From positions 29,043 to 93,042 of the forward strand of contig JABIBU010000013.1 in NCBI GenBank assembly GCA_018652595.1: a DNA stretch of 64,000 nucleotides, read 5' to 3'. Position numbers and translations under genes: made by a program. This DNA comes from Candidatus Magasanikiibacteriota bacterium (GTDB lineage: Bacteria; Patescibacteriota; Patescibacteriia; Magasanikbacterales; UBA922). The notes beneath the pieces were generated by a model. That model was not told the origin of the DNA. It made no database searches and saw only the letters and a program-made list of their open reading frames with translations. Positions 48,653-58,718 of the stretch are shown in pieces (the first letter of the stretch is position 1; each line of letters opens with the position of its first letter).

Positions 48653-51082
48653 TTACACAACTATAGATACCAACTTACCCTTAACATAAATAACCTTCTT
48701 TGGTTCTTTTCCTTCTAGCCACTTCACTACGTTTTCAATTTCTAGAGCTTGTTTTTTTGCATCGTCTTCTGAAATATCTGCCGACACTGTCATATCGCCA
48801 CGAAGCTTTCCGTTTATTTGTACAACTATGGTTAGTTCATCATCTTTTACAAGATTCTCATCATACTCTGGCCACGACTGTATACAAATAGAATCTTTGT
48901 GACCCAGAATACTCCAAAGTTCCTCTGCCATATGTGGTGCAAATGGAGTCAAAAGACGAAGTAATAAGCTATAAGTTGCAAGCTGTAAGCTTTCTTCTTT
49001 GTTCATCTCATTAACTATCTTCATCATCTCTGCGATGGCCGTATTAAACCCTAATGTTTCCAAATCTTCACTGGCTTTCTTTATTACTTTATGTGTCAAT
49101 TTTTCAATCCTCTCATCTTCTTTTTTTTCATCCCCTACTTTTTCCTGAAGTTTCCATACTTTATCCAAAAACCTTCTCACACCCTTCACACCATTCTCAT
49201 TCCACGGCTTATCATCTTCCAAAGGCCCTATAAACATCTCATACATTCTCATAGTATCAGCACCATACTGATTTACTACATCTGTAGGATTTATAGTATT
49301 GCCCCAACGCTTACTCATCTTTCGATTGTCTGGTCCGAGAATTAATCCCTGATGACGATGGACTTTGAATGGTTCATCAAAATCAATATACCCAGCATCA
49401 AATAAGACTTTGGTAAAAAACCTTGAGTACAATAAGTGTCCATTGACATGTTCTGGTCCACCCAGATAAAAATCAACTGGCATCCATTTTTTCAAAGCTT
49501 CTGGACTGGCAAATGCACTATCATTTTTTGGATCAAGATAGCGGAAAAAATACCAAGACGAACACATGAATGTATCAAGTGTGTCTGGTTCGTATTTCCA
49601 ACCTTTTCCGTATTTTTTCTCAGCCCTCTCTTGAAATTCTTTAGAGTAATTCAAAGGTGATTCTCCTGTTGGCTTGAAGTCAACGTCTTCTGGAAGTAAA
49701 ATTGGTAAATCTTCTTCAGGCACTGGCTTCATCTCTCCCTCTTCATTCTGCAACATCGGAATCGGTGCTCCCCAAAATCTCTGACGAGAGACAGACCAAT
49801 CACGAAGTTTGTATTGAACTTTTCCTTTTCCAATATTTTTTTCTTCTAGCCATTTGATTATTTTTGTTTTGGCTTCATTAATACGCAAACCATCCAAAAA
49901 TCCCGAATTAAAATGTACACCATCCCCCTCATAACAAACTTCCAAATTCTGTACCTTTTTCCATTCATTTTCATCATCAGGCTTGATAGTTACAAGTAAC
50001 GGAATATTATATTTTTTAGCAAACTCAAAATCTCTTTCATCATGCGCATCAGCAAACACAGCACCAGTTCCATAACTTGCCAAAACAAAATCAGCAATAT
50101 AAATTGGAATTTCTTCGTTATTTGCCGGATTAATTGCTTTTACACCCTTTAATTCTACTCCGATTTTTTCTTTATCAATTTGGCGAGCAAGTTCAGTCTT
50201 TTTGCTTGTAGCTTCAATATATTTTTTCACTTCATCCCAATTTTGGATCCGATCTTTCAAATCCTGAACATACTGCCCCTCTGGAGCAAGTACTATATAA
50301 GTCGCACCGAATAATGTATCAGGTCTGGTGGTAAACACCTCAATTTTAAATTCAGAATTCAGAATTTTAAATTCAACCGACGCACCCTCACTTCTTCCAA
50401 TCCAATCTCTCTGACGCTTCTTAGTCTCTTCTGGCCAATCGATTTTGTCTAGACCTTCCAAAAGTCTATCAGCATACTCTGTAACTTTGATATACCACTG
50501 TTCCATGTCTTTTTGGATAATCTGTGTGTCACAGCGCTCGCAGTACCCCTCTGAAGTCACCTGATCGTTAGCAAGAACAGTCTTACAACTCTTGCACCAA
50601 TTTACAGCTTGTTTTTTGCGATAGACCAATCCGCGTTTATAAAATAACAAGAAAAACCACTGGGTCCATTTGTAATAGTCTGAATTATGAGCTCCGACTT
50701 CCTTATCCCAGTCAACAGAGATACCAAGTGATTTTATTTGCTCACGAAAGTTATCAATTGCTTTGTCGGTACTAATCTTGGGATGGACATTATTCTTTAT
50801 AGCATAATTTTCTGCTGGCAAACCAAAGCTATCCCAGCCAATCGCTTGTAAGACCTTCTTACCTTTCATGCGCTGATAACGAGCATAGATATCACAAGCT
50901 GAATATACCTCGGCATGACCAACATGAAGACCACTACCAGATGGATATGGCAGTTGTGGCAAAATATAATATTTATTTGTCTTAGTAACTTCCTCGGGAG
51001 TTTTGAAAAGTTTTTTCTTTTCCCAATATTTCTGCCACTTAGCTTCACCCTTATTTTCTAAAAATTCTTTATAAGTTTTCAT
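48653..51082 (-). CDS. leuS: Leucyl-tRNA synthetase
   Basis: PYPSGSGLHVGH, FTTRPDTLFG, DWSVSRQRFWG, KMSKR. Confidence 0.97.
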   Translation of the reverse strand: MKTYKEFLENKGEAKWQKYWEKKKLFKTPEEVTKTNKYYILPQLPYPSGSGLHVGHAEVYSACDIYARYQRMKGKKVLQAIGWDSFGLPAENYAIKNNVHPKISTDKAIDNFREQIKSLGISVDWDKEVGAHNSDYYKWTQWFFLLFYKRGLVYRKKQAVNWCKSCKTVLANDQVTSEGYCERCDTQIIQKDMEQWYIKVTEYADRLLEGLDKIDWPEETKKRQRDWIGRSEGASVEFKILNSEFKIEVFTTRPDTLFGATYIVLAPEGQYVQDLKDRIQNWDEVKKYIEATSKKTELARQIDKEKIGVELKGVKAINPANNEEIPIYIADFVLASYGTGAVFADAHDERDFEFAKKYNIPLLVTIKPDDENEWKKVQNLEVCYEGDGVHFNSGFLDGLRINEAKTKIIKWLEEKNIGKGKVQYKLRDWSVSRQRFWGAPIPMLQNEEGEMKPVPEEDLPILLPEDVDFKPTGESPLNYSKEFQERAEKKYGKGWKYEPDTLDTFMCSSWYFFRYLDPKNDSAFASPEALKKWMPVDFYLGGPEHVNGHLLYSRFFTKVLFDAGYIDFDEPFKVHRHQGLILGPDNRKMSKRWGNTINPTDVVNQYGADTMRMYEMFIGPLEDDKPWNENGVKGVRRFLDKVWKLQEKVGDEKKEDERIEKLTHKVIKKASEDLETLGFNTAIAEMMKIVNEMNKEESLQLATYSLLLRLLTPFAPHMAEELWSILGHKDSICIQSWPEYDENLVKDDELTIVVQINGKLRGDMTVSADISEDDAKKQALEIENVVKWLEGKEPKKVIYVKGKLVSIVV

Positions 51083-51085
51083 AAA

Positions 51086-51865
51086 TTAAAATAATTCTAA
51101 TAATTTTTTATGTAATTTTGGATTTGCAACTACTATATCCATCTTGCCTTTTTCCCATTTTTCACCAGCACAATCAGTCCAAACAGCACCAGCCTCTGTA
51201 GCAATAACAGATGGCGCTAAGTAATCATGATACAGTCCACTATTTTTTACCAAAACATCAATCCTCCCAGCTGCCAAATAACAAGCTTCTAGCATAGTAC
51301 CATGGTTACTAATCCAATGACCATTTTCACCCATCAAATTTTTATAAAACACCAAAAACTCTTGAAACTTTTTTGGTGAGTATGGAGAATTTTCATCCAC
51401 TATTCCGTTGGAAAAAACAGTAAAAGCGTGCTTCACAGTCTCGTGATTACTTACGCTTATTTTATTACCATTACAGTGTGCCCCTTTATCTTTTTGGGCA
51501 AAAAACAATTCATCATTTATTGCGTCATATATCACACCAATATATGCCTCACCATTTTTTGTAAGACCTATCATAGTGCACCAGGCCGCAATATGCTTGG
51601 CAAAGTTCCTAGTACCATCAATTGGATCTATTACCCAAACATATTCCGCATCTTCATTTACAATCTCATCTTCTTCCTCGGAAATTATTCCATGATCTGG
51701 ATATTTTTCCTTAATTTTTTTTATTATAAAATCACTAACAGCTATATCTGCATCAGTTACCAGATCATCTGGGCTAGACTTAAAACGATGGCTTATCCCC
51801 TCTTTATAGTAGCTCAAAGCCAAACTACCCGCCTCCTTGGCTAGTTCTTTTGCAAATCCTAACAT
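51086..51865 (-). CDS. suhB: Inositol monophosphatase family protein
   Basis: DLVTDAD, SEE, WVIDPIDGTRNF. Confidence 0.9.
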   Translation of the reverse strand: MLGFAKELAKEAGSLALSYYKEGISHRFKSSPDDLVTDADIAVSDFIIKKIKEKYPDHGIISEEEDEIVNEDAEYVWVIDPIDGTRNFAKHIAAWCTMIGLTKNGEAYIGVIYDAINDELFFAQKDKGAHCNGNKISVSNHETVKHAFTVFSNGIVDENSPYSPKKFQEFLVFYKNLMGENGHWISNHGTMLEACYLAAGRIDVLVKNSGLYHDYLAPSVIATEAGAVWTDCAGEKWEKGKMDIVVANPKLHKKLLELF

Positions 51866-51962
51866 ATAACCTATTTTAGCGAATTACAGGTAAAAATGCA
51901 AGTTATATTTGACTGATTAAATTAATTATGGTTTAATATGCCAAACTCACAAGAGGTCAAAG

Positions 51963-52073
51963 GTGATCGAACTAATTTTTGTAGAGATAATGGTACCTTC
52001 TGCTAAAGTTGCTATTATTTTCTGTCTCGTTGTCTCAGGAATCTTTTACATCATTATGAGAGGTATGAAATGA
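51963..52073 (+). CDS. Putative 36-aa single-TM microprotein, absent from the ORF track
   Basis: GTG start after AAGAGG; MIELIFVEIMVPSAKVAIIFCLVVSGIFYIIMRGMK; ATGA overlap with the next ORF. Confidence 0.5.
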   Translation: MIELIFVEIMVPSAKVAIIFCLVVSGIFYIIMRGMK

Positions 52074-52306
52074 CTAAAAATATTTTGCCGTGCTTGATAG
52101 CACCAATGCTCCTGATTCTAAGCTACATCCTCTACTCCCAATACCCCCCGCTAGACCAACTCCCTACAGGCCTCTGCAACGCTCTTTCTCTAATTCTTGT
52201 TTTTTTGGCAATAATTATCAGCTTCATCATCAAAATGATGAGAGCCGTTGATTGGTGGCAAAAACTACCACCAGAAGACAAGATGAAGCCCACCCCTGGG
52301 GAGTAG
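52070..52306 (+). CDS. Orphan two-TM small protein
   Basis: 78 aa, two hydrophobic segments, SD-like AGAGG. Confidence 0.6.
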   Translation: MTKNILPCLIAPMLLILSYILYSQYPPLDQLPTGLCNALSLILVFLAIIISFIIKMMRAVDWWQKLPPEDKMKPTPGE

Positions 52307-52452
52307 CTTGCTATTCCTCACCCCCGCTTAGTTTATTTATTTAAATAAATTGAGCGAAACAAAAAACCATCCAATTTATTTTGAATGGTTTTTTGTTTTA
52401 AATTCTACAAACAATATATCGCTACCCCTTAATCTAATTTTATAGTTAATAT

Positions 52453-53679
52453 TTAGATTTCCGTCTTCTCTGCCACCCTCTCAACCGCCTTTACAAAAGC
52501 TGCAGTACGCATATCAATACTATATTTTTCTTTAGTTTCCCAAACTTCGTCAAAAGCATTTACCATAATCTTTTCTAGCTTCTCCAATACATCTTCTTCG
52601 CTCCAGTGCTCACCTTTTACATTTTGGTCCCATTCAAAGTACGATACAGTCACACCGCCAGCATTGGCTAATACATCTGGCACCACTACCACACCTTTTT
52701 CTTTCAAAATTTCATCAGCTTCTGGTGTAGTTGGACCATTAGCAAGCTCTACTACTGCTTTTGCCTTAATATTTTGCGCATTTTCTTTTGTAATTACATT
52801 TTCCAAAGCAGCTGGCACTAATATATCTACATCAAGCTCTAAAATTTCTTCATTTGAAATATTTTCAGTTCCCTCAAAATCAATTACTGAACGAGTGATA
52901 GCTTTGTGTTCATTTAATTTTTCAATGTTTAAACCCTCTGTATTTTTGATTCCACCTTTTGAATCCGACACAGATACTACTTTATAACCCTTTTCATCCA
53001 AAATTTTTGCCATAAAACTACCAGCATTACCATAGCCCTGTACTGCAACAGTGGTTTGAGATGGCTCAAGACTCATCTTCTTGGCAAGTTCTAGTACACA
53101 ATATACTCCGCCCTGAGCAGTGGAATAACCTCTAGCTTCTGAACCACCTTGATCAAGCGGTTTACCAGTAATAACACCTGGGTCTTCGTGCCCAACCAAC
53201 TTTTCGTATTCATTACGCATCCAAGACATGATCTGTGGTGTGGTATATACATCTGGTGCTGGAACATCTTTATCAGAACCAATATTGCGCCAGACTTTCT
53301 GAACATAACCACGAGATAGTCTCTCTATTTCTCCTTCTGATAATTCTTTTGGATTTACAATTATTCCACCCTTTCCCCCACCCATTGGTATGTTAACAGT
53401 TGCGCACTTTACCATCATCCAAAATGACAAAGCTTTTACTTCATCCAATGTCACATTTGGGTGATAACGAATCCCGCCTTTGTAAGGTCCTAGAGCATTA
53501 TTAAACTGTGATCTATAACCTGTGAAGACTTTAACCTCACCACTGTCCATTTTTACAGGAATAGAGAGTGTTAAAACTCGCTCAGGACGCTTCAAAACTT
53601 CGTGAACAGCTTTGTCCAGATTAATTATCTTTGCAGCCTTGTCCAACTGCTCCATGGCATTTTCGAAAGGATTGTTCAT
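52453..53679 (-). CDS. gdhA: Glutamate dehydrogenase (Glu/Leu/Phe/Val family)
   Basis: GPYKGGIR, GGGKGG, DVPAPD, QGYGNAG, ANAGGVTVSYFEW. Confidence 0.95.
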   Translation of the reverse strand: MNNPFENAMEQLDKAAKIINLDKAVHEVLKRPERVLTLSIPVKMDSGEVKVFTGYRSQFNNALGPYKGGIRYHPNVTLDEVKALSFWMMVKCATVNIPMGGGKGGIIVNPKELSEGEIERLSRGYVQKVWRNIGSDKDVPAPDVYTTPQIMSWMRNEYEKLVGHEDPGVITGKPLDQGGSEARGYSTAQGGVYCVLELAKKMSLEPSQTTVAVQGYGNAGSFMAKILDEKGYKVVSVSDSKGGIKNTEGLNIEKLNEHKAITRSVIDFEGTENISNEEILELDVDILVPAALENVITKENAQNIKAKAVVELANGPTTPEADEILKEKGVVVVPDVLANAGGVTVSYFEWDQNVKGEHWSEEDVLEKLEKIMVNAFDEVWETKEKYSIDMRTAAFVKAVERVAEKTEI

Positions 53680-53770
53680 AGTTATTTAGGTGTTAGGTTG
53701 ATTAGGTAATTAGGTTTTAGATGTATATTTTACACCTTGAAGAAAAAATGGTCAAATGATGAACAAAATA

Positions 53771-53860
53771 GTTAGCAAGTTAACAAGTGCTCAAGTGTGC
53801 AAATTATAAATAAAACATCTAAACATTTACTTGTTAACTTGAGCACCTGCCAATTTGTAT
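53771..53860. repeat. Gene-less inverted pair of 8-nt CAAGT / ACTTG arrays
   Basis: AGCAAGTT AACAAGTG CTCAAGTG TGCAAATT ... ACTTGTTA ACTTGAGC ACCTGCCA ATTTGTAT. Confidence 0.85.
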
Positions 53861-53925
53861 ACAAAACACCACGACATAAGCCGAGGTGTTTATATATTTA
53901 AATGTTTAGGTCGTAGACCGTATGG

Positions 53926-54246
53926 TTAGATATGCTTATCCACCATCTCTTTCAACTTATCCTTTTGTACTCCACCAACCATCTGATCCACTACTTCACC
54001 GCCTTTGAAAACTAGAAATGTTGGAATACTCATTACTTTGTACTCTCCAGCTGAAGCTTGGTTTTCGTCTACATTAAGTTTTGCTACTTTTATTTTTCCT
54101 TCATATTCACTAGCTAGCTCGTCTACCAATGGACCCATCATCTGACAAGGACCACACCATGGTGCCCAAAAATCTACTAAAACTGGTTTATCTGATTTCA
54201 AAACTTCGGCTTCGAAGTTGCTGTCGTCTAAAATTATTTCGGACAT
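53926..54246 (-). CDS. trxA: Thioredoxin
   Basis: WAPWCGPC, SIPT. Confidence 0.97.
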   Translation of the reverse strand: MSEIILDDSNFEAEVLKSDKPVLVDFWAPWCGPCQMMGPLVDELASEYEGKIKVAKLNVDENQASAGEYKVMSIPTFLVFKGGEVVDQMVGGVQKDKLKEMVDKHI

Positions 54247-54281
54247 ATTTTTATAAGGATTAAAGATTAAGGAATATTTTT

Positions 54282-55091
54282 TTAAGCGGCTAGTGGTAAT
54301 TGTTCTTCCTCATCACTGGCAGATTCTTCTGGTTTTTTATGAAGCTCTGTTACATTTGTTTGCTCTTCTTCCTCAGGAGAATCAACCGCTTCTGCTCCGC
54401 CCTCGACACCATACAAAAAATTAACTTCTACTTGCTTGGTTTCTCCACCTGGTGTAGTAGCTGACACTATATACGAAAAACCCTCATCTCCTAAAAAGTC
54501 ACTAGTATATGGATTTATATCAAATTTCGTACCCGCACCTACTGAGGTTTTTATAGATTCCGCCAATATGCCCCTCATTACTTCAGCTCCTGAAGGTGCA
54601 ATAATAAAATTTCTAGCTAATTTTCCTTTTTCTGGTTGAGATTTAGTTGATTTTTTTTCAAAACGACCATCATGCATTATTATGTTTCTAGCCTCAAACA
54701 CTTCCCCCCCACACTTTAGATTAAATTTCATAATAGCCAGATCCAAGAGCCCTTCCAAACTTTGTTCTGTTATTTCTTCTTCTGCTAATTCTTGAGCAAC
54801 TGTTGGGTCTTCCATTTTTTCAGCAGCCTCCATTGCAACTTTTTCTGTTCTATTATCAAGGTCTACATTTACTTTTTGTAAAAAATCAGGTGTTGTAACT
54901 AGTCCATACTCTGCCTGACCAATTTTTTGACCACTTTCATTAGTAAGATCAATTGTATTAGCCCCAACTTCTTTTCTTACAGGTTTCAGCTTACCAACCT
55001 TACTTTCAGTTTTTGGTTTAATTCTTTCTTTTTCATTATTAAAATCAAACACTTCGGCCATCTGTTCTTGTTTTTTTTCTTTCTCAGGCAT
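54282..55091 (-). CDS. Hypothetical acidic protein
   Basis: 269-aa ORF co-oriented between infB and trxA. Confidence 0.75.
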   Translation of the reverse strand: MPEKEKKQEQMAEVFDFNNEKERIKPKTESKVGKLKPVRKEVGANTIDLTNESGQKIGQAEYGLVTTPDFLQKVNVDLDNRTEKVAMEAAEKMEDPTVAQELAEEEITEQSLEGLLDLAIMKFNLKCGGEVFEARNIIMHDGRFEKKSTKSQPEKGKLARNFIIAPSGAEVMRGILAESIKTSVGAGTKFDINPYTSDFLGDEGFSYIVSATTPGGETKQVEVNFLYGVEGGAEAVDSPEEEEQTNVTELHKKPEESASDEEEQLPLAA

Positions 55092-55118
55092 ATAAAAAAA
55101 TGTATATTAAAGCTATGT

Positions 55119-57149
55119 TTACTGTTCAAAAACTATTTTCTTTGCTTTGCTTTCCTCACGATAAAATTCTAATAAATCACCCTCTTCAATTTTTTCTTTT
55201 CCTTCATATCTTACACCGCACTCTGTACCAGCTGGTACTTCATTCATGTTTTGCTGACCGACTTGGCACTTGGACACTGTACCGACTTCCACAAGCTCGC
55301 CTTTTCGCTTCACTCGCACTCTTACACCAGCAGTGATCTTACCCTCGGTAACACGTCCACCAACTGTCATCGCTTTTTTATCAGTCCTAAATATTGCAAT
55401 GATTTTTAGTCTTCCTAATTCTGTAATAATTTTTTCAGTTGATAGTAATTTTTCAAGTTCTTCCTTTGCCCAATTTATTAAATCATAAATTATCTCATAA
55501 CGCAAAAACTGGATATCTTTTTCACGCATAGTCTCTTCGGCACTTGGAGTAGGATTTACTTTAAAACCAATTACAGTAGCGCCACTAGCCTCAGCTTTTG
55601 CAACATCGTCTTCTGTAATATTCCCAAGACCCTTTCCAACGATTTGCACACCGACTTCGTCATGTTTTAGTTTTTCGAGTGAACCAATAATTGCTTCGAG
55701 GGATCCCAAAACATCAGTCTTAACAACTAAATCCAAAGTCTTTTTCTTATTTTCATCTTCTTCATCCTCATTTTTTATCAATGAAACATGCTTTTCTGCA
55801 CCAGTCTGCTCTGTCTTTTTTTGTTTTATGTTAATTTTTTGAGAAACACCAGCTTTACCAATATCCATGACATCTCCCACTTCTGGAGCCACCTTAAAAC
55901 CAATAATCTGAACTGGCACTGATGGGCCGGCCTCTTCTACATTTTCTGCTTTGTAATCTTTCATGGCTCTTACTTTGCCATAAATTTCATTGTTAACAAC
56001 AAGAGGATCATTTTTCTTTAGTGTTCCTGATTGTACCAAAACTGTAGCTACTGGACCCATGCCTTTGTCAACATGAGACTCAATCACAGTACCGGCTGCT
56101 GGAGCGCCTGCATCAGCCTTAATTTTATCAGCATTCATATCAGCAACCAGAAGTAACACGTCTAGCAATTTATCAATATTTTGTTCTTGTTTGGCAGATA
56201 TCTCTACCATCGGCACATCTCCACCATACTCTTCGCATAAAATATTGTGTTGAGATAATTCTGTCTTTACGCGCTGTGGATCAGCACCCTCTCTATCAAT
56301 TTTATTAATTGCAACCACAAAAGGAAGTTTGGCGGCTCTGATAATTTCAATAACTTCTACGGTCTGAGGCTTCACACCATCGTCAGCTGCCACAATCATA
56401 ATAGCAATATCAGCAACCTTGGCACCACGAGATCTCATCACAGTAAAAGCTTCGTGTCCTGGAGTGTCAATAAAAGTAAGCAATCTCTCATCATTAGTCT
56501 TTGGATCTTTCCAAATGGTTTGATAAGCACCAATATGCTGAGTAATACCACCAGATTCAGTATCAATTACATTTGTTTTTCTAATAGCATCAAGCAAACG
56601 CGTCTTACCATGGTCCACATGCCCCATTACAACAAAAACAGGCGGACGATCTTCTCCAGCTTCAGTACCTGCCAATGCTTCTTCTAGTGCTTGTTCTTTG
56701 GCAGCTTCTTTTTCTTCGTCCACTTCTCCACCCTCTTCTTTTTGTGGGGTGAAGCCTAGCTCTTCTGCCATAATAGCAGCAGTGTCATAATCAATATTTT
56801 GGTTTTGATTTGCCAGAATTCCGTTTTTCATTAGCTCGGTAATCACCTGAGTGACTGACAAATTTAATCGACCTGCAAAATCCTTCACAGTAATAAGATC
56901 GGGCAAAATAACCGTCTCACCGCTTTCCTTTCGGAGTTCTTTTTCTTTTTGCTTATTCTCTTCTGCTTCCTTACGCTTCTTCTCATCCAATTCTTTTCTA
57001 ATATGACGCCAACGACGCATAATCTTATCAGCCACCTTGTTGTCAATTTTTATAGCCTTTGCACCAATATCAAAACCATACTGAGGAAGTATCTCCAGCA
57101 TTTCTTTGGTGTTGACTCTAAGTTTTCGGGCTAGTTCTGTTACATTCAT
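55119..57149 (-). CDS. infB: Translation initiation factor IF-2
   Basis: MGHVDHGKT, GITQHIGAY, DTPGHEAF, NKID. Confidence 0.97.
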   Translation of the reverse strand: MNVTELARKLRVNTKEMLEILPQYGFDIGAKAIKIDNKVADKIMRRWRHIRKELDEKKRKEAEENKQKEKELRKESGETVILPDLITVKDFAGRLNLSVTQVITELMKNGILANQNQNIDYDTAAIMAEELGFTPQKEEGGEVDEEKEAAKEQALEEALAGTEAGEDRPPVFVVMGHVDHGKTRLLDAIRKTNVIDTESGGITQHIGAYQTIWKDPKTNDERLLTFIDTPGHEAFTVMRSRGAKVADIAIMIVAADDGVKPQTVEVIEIIRAAKLPFVVAINKIDREGADPQRVKTELSQHNILCEEYGGDVPMVEISAKQEQNIDKLLDVLLLVADMNADKIKADAGAPAAGTVIESHVDKGMGPVATVLVQSGTLKKNDPLVVNNEIYGKVRAMKDYKAENVEEAGPSVPVQIIGFKVAPEVGDVMDIGKAGVSQKINIKQKKTEQTGAEKHVSLIKNEDEEDENKKKTLDLVVKTDVLGSLEAIIGSLEKLKHDEVGVQIVGKGLGNITEDDVAKAEASGATVIGFKVNPTPSAEETMREKDIQFLRYEIIYDLINWAKEELEKLLSTEKIITELGRLKIIAIFRTDKKAMTVGGRVTEGKITAGVRVRVKRKGELVEVGTVSKCQVGQQNMNEVPAGTECGVRYEGKEKIEEGDLLEFYREESKAKKIVFEQ

Positions 57150-57210
57150 CTAAAAAAAGCTTAAAATGCCTGAGAAGCCAAAAAGGCTTAGAAGGCTAAG
57201 TAGTGATAAG

Positions 57211-57239
57211 ATTATACTACACAAGATAAAAAAAGTCAA
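57211..57239 (-). promoter_or_regulatory. sigma70 promoter TTGACT-17-TATAAT for infB; its leader carries a 9-nt array at 57153-57200
   Basis: Hexamers and 17-nt spacer read directly. Confidence 0.75.
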
Positions 57240-57298
57240 TCTGTATACAACAAAACCACCTAACTAAGGCGGTTTTATCACATTTTATCCATTTTATA

Positions 57299-58705
57299 CT
57301 ATATAAAATACTTCTTCTCAATCTCCCCCACCCTATCGTCCACTTCTTCCACTTTCAAAGGAGATGTCTCACCTGATTTTTCAATAAGCTCTATAACTGT
57401 TTTTAGCACATGTTTCATACCAGGAATAATATGTTTTTCTCGATCTTCTGCATAAGAAAAACGAATATAACCAATACCACCATCACCAAAGTCCCGTCCA
57501 GCCAAAGTGGCCACTCCTCTATCTGTCAACAACCATTTACTAAATTCTTTTTCATTTTTTAAATTCAAATCATTTTTTACATAAGACAATTCTAATACCT
57601 TTTCAAAATTTGGAAACAAGTAAAAAGCGCCTTGAGCCTCATTTGGGACAACATAAGGTTGTAGTAATTTAAAACAGTTTTCTACAAACTTACCTTTTTT
57701 TTCATATTCCACAAAGTCAGCTTCGATAATTGGTTTTATTTTCTCAGCCACTGATTCATATTTGAAACCGTCCAATTCCACATCACCAAAAATAGTTCCT
57801 GCCACAATCTGATTGAACCTAGTTACACAAGTATATTTATTAATGGCAAACTTTCCAAAAATTTCAATTACCCATTCTGGTGCTATAATAAAACCCATAC
57901 GCCAACCAGTCATAGCAAAGTTTTTTGAAAAACCATTTAGATTAATTGTATAATCCTGCATTCCAGGAATTGACAAGAAACTAAAATGTTCACGACCGTC
58001 AAAAATAATTCTATCATAAATATCATCAAACAAAACCATAAACTTATACTTCTTTACCAACTGAGCAATACGCTCTAACATATCTTTGCCAAAGACCATA
58101 CCAGTTGGATTTTGTGGAGTATTAACAACCAAAAGTTTTACCCCAGTATTTTCTTCCAAGATCTTTTCAAAATCTTCCACTTTGAATTCAAAACCACCAT
58201 CATCTTTGCGCACAAACCAAGGAATAAAATTATCCTGACTATAAAATCTTCCCAGGGACTCATAAATTGGATAACCTGGACTAGTGCCGATTACTTTGTC
58301 GCCTGGTTTTACCAATGCCTGAATAGCCATCTCAATGGCTGGCTTACCGCCGGGCTGTAGCATTACATTTTCTTTCTTAATTTCTATACCCCTAGTCTCT
58401 GTCCAGTGCTTTGCTATGTTTTCTCTTACTTGAGGATACCCTGCAAAATGACCGTACTTGGTTTGTTTGTCTTGCAAAGCTTTTATTGCAACATCGATAA
58501 TTGGCTGAGGTGTCTTTGGGCCAGTATCACCCACATGAAATTTAAAAATCTGTGGAAATTTTCCAGACTTTTCTACTTCCGATACTAGTACGCCAAAATC
58601 AAACGCTGTCTCAGTACCTAGTAAAACTAAATCTGGATTTATTTCTATACCTTCTGATGGTATTAGATTTTTTTCTTTTAGAAATTTTGGTAGTTCTTGG
58701 GACAT
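57299..58705 (-). CDS. Class I/II PLP-dependent aminotransferase
   Basis: PGGK, NTPQNPTG, DDIY, GFSKNFAMTGWRMG, RFSYA. Confidence 0.92.
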   Translation of the reverse strand: MSQELPKFLKEKNLIPSEGIEINPDLVLLGTETAFDFGVLVSEVEKSGKFPQIFKFHVGDTGPKTPQPIIDVAIKALQDKQTKYGHFAGYPQVRENIAKHWTETRGIEIKKENVMLQPGGKPAIEMAIQALVKPGDKVIGTSPGYPIYESLGRFYSQDNFIPWFVRKDDGGFEFKVEDFEKILEENTGVKLLVVNTPQNPTGMVFGKDMLERIAQLVKKYKFMVLFDDIYDRIIFDGREHFSFLSIPGMQDYTINLNGFSKNFAMTGWRMGFIIAPEWVIEIFGKFAINKYTCVTRFNQIVAGTIFGDVELDGFKYESVAEKIKPIIEADFVEYEKKGKFVENCFKLLQPYVVPNEAQGAFYLFPNFEKVLELSYVKNDLNLKNEKEFSKWLLTDRGVATLAGRDFGDGGIGYIRFSYAEDREKHIIPGMKHVLKTVIELIEKSGETSPLKVEEVDDRVGEIEKKYFI

Positions 58706-58718
58706 AAATTTTTATCGC

